From Diadema antillarum (taxonomy: Eukaryota), in NCBI RefSeq assembly GCF_040938485.1, contig NW_027271166.1, forward strand, positions 1 through 64,000: a stretch of DNA of 64,000 bases, written 5' to 3'. The notes beneath the pieces are model-generated. The model had not been told where the DNA came from. It searched no databases and saw only the letters and a list, made by a program, of their open reading frames with translations. Both the position numbers and the translations under genes were made by a program. Numbering within the stretch: the first letter of the stretch is position 1; each line of letters begins with the position of its first letter. Positions 63,067-64,000 of the stretch are shown one piece after another.

Positions 63067-63104
63067 GATCCTGATGAAGGCCATGGCAGGCCGAAAGCCT
63101 GGTT
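63067..63104 (+). ncRNA. Mutated hammerhead twin (probably inactive)
   Basis: GATC-CTGATGA-A-GGCC(ATGGCA)GGCC-GAA-AGCC-T-GGTT. The U16.1 position and the AGCT palindrome are disrupted. Confidence 0.45.
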
Positions 63105-63157
63105 CAAGGGAAAAGTAGAGAGCAACGTCCCTCTGAAACTTGTTTCCCCCCATATAT

Positions 63158-63190
63158 ATATGTATATAATTATGTATATTTGTGTATATA

Positions 63191-63222
<32 letters not shown>
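63158..63222. repeat. (AT)/(GT)n microsatellite
   Basis: Direct reading. Confidence 0.85.
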
Positions 63223-63225
<3 letters not shown>

Positions 63226-63974
63226 TGTTTATACATATATTTGTATATACAAGTATATGTATATGCATATTAGTAAAGATGTAAGTAGGACCCTACATTT
63301 TGTATATATGGCACACATATGTTATACGAATTGTATGTACATACTGTTTAAGGCACAAGTGGAAGAATGAACTCGGAAAATAAGTAAAAAGCATGAATTA
63401 TCACTCGAAAGGACCAGGTGAAAAAAACAAGCAAAACAAAACAAAACAAAAACCAGAGTAGCACAAGTTTGTTGGGATGATAGTACCTCCAAGGTTACAA
63501 CAGCAATGCATATCCATCACTCTTTCTTAACCCTTCCTGTGCCAGGGACTTTTGATAGTGTGTAGAATGCTGTGGGGATTTTCTGTACCAATCGGAACTC
63601 AAATCACACGAAGGGTTAACGGACACTTTCCCTGATTTAATATTTGATGATGGCGTTCCGACCTTTACCAGAACGGGTAAGGCGCCGCGGCGCCATTCAA
63701 AGCACGCATGCTGAATTATACTGGTATCGAATTGATCAAATCTCACTGCGCCAAAACTACACGCAGTATTGTATTCTTGGCGCCATGCCTATATGGAGCG
63801 CGCTCATGTTTCCCCAATATTCGATGCTAACACACTAGTCTGATTAACACATGAAAGTCAAACGAAGGAAGAGACAACCAACTGTCACGGATATGAATTC
63901 GTCGACCTTGAACAATCAGTCTGTGCATGTGCGTATGCATACAGAAACAGAAAAGTATGTAAACATATTCATGC

Positions 63975-64000
63975 ACACACACACACACACACACACACAC
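63975..64000. repeat. (CA)n microsatellite to the window end
   Basis: Direct reading. Confidence 0.9.

Larger units (their letters stand above)
62982..63142. repeat. 161-bp imperfect palindrome containing two opposed hammerhead motifs
   Basis: Arms pair from CAAGTTT/AAACTTG inward to ATCCTGATGAAGGCC, around a central loop of about 11 nt. Confidence 0.9.

Overview
This is eukaryotic, intron-rich, AT-rich genomic DNA with four N-gaps. It is most likely echinoderm (sea urchin-like): H4 carries Cys73, H3 carries Glu81, and both histone genes have the CAAGAAAGA downstream element. There are no prokaryotic features such as operons, CRISPR or rRNA. Genes reconstructed by hand from splice sites and reading phase: (1) the first two coding exons of a DENND3-like gene (minus strand, 19516->14585, running into a gap); (2) an isolated, divergently transcribed replication-dependent H4/H3 pair (25390-26896); (3) a ZC2HC1A-like C2HC zinc-finger gene (minus, 44637->37092, one exon inferred missing); (4) a complete 7-exon MRTO4 gene (plus, 49982-59176, 244 aa). 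The rest is dense with non-autonomous DNA transposons (TA-, TTAA-, TTA-, 4-bp- and 7/8-bp-TSD types), HINE-like elements, CR1 and Tx1/L1 remnants and decayed SINEs. Three observations stand out. First, a 161-bp palindrome at 62982-63142 whose minus strand encodes a complete minimal type-I hammerhead ribozyme, with a mutated twin on the plus strand. Second, a 2.5-kb TTAA element carrying 11 copies of a 13-mer on a roughly 190-bp lattice with unrelated spacers. Third, two recent ~370-bp-arm foldback elements, each in the first coding intron of a different gene. Superfamily labels for repeats rest on terminal and TSD signatures only; no database search was run.
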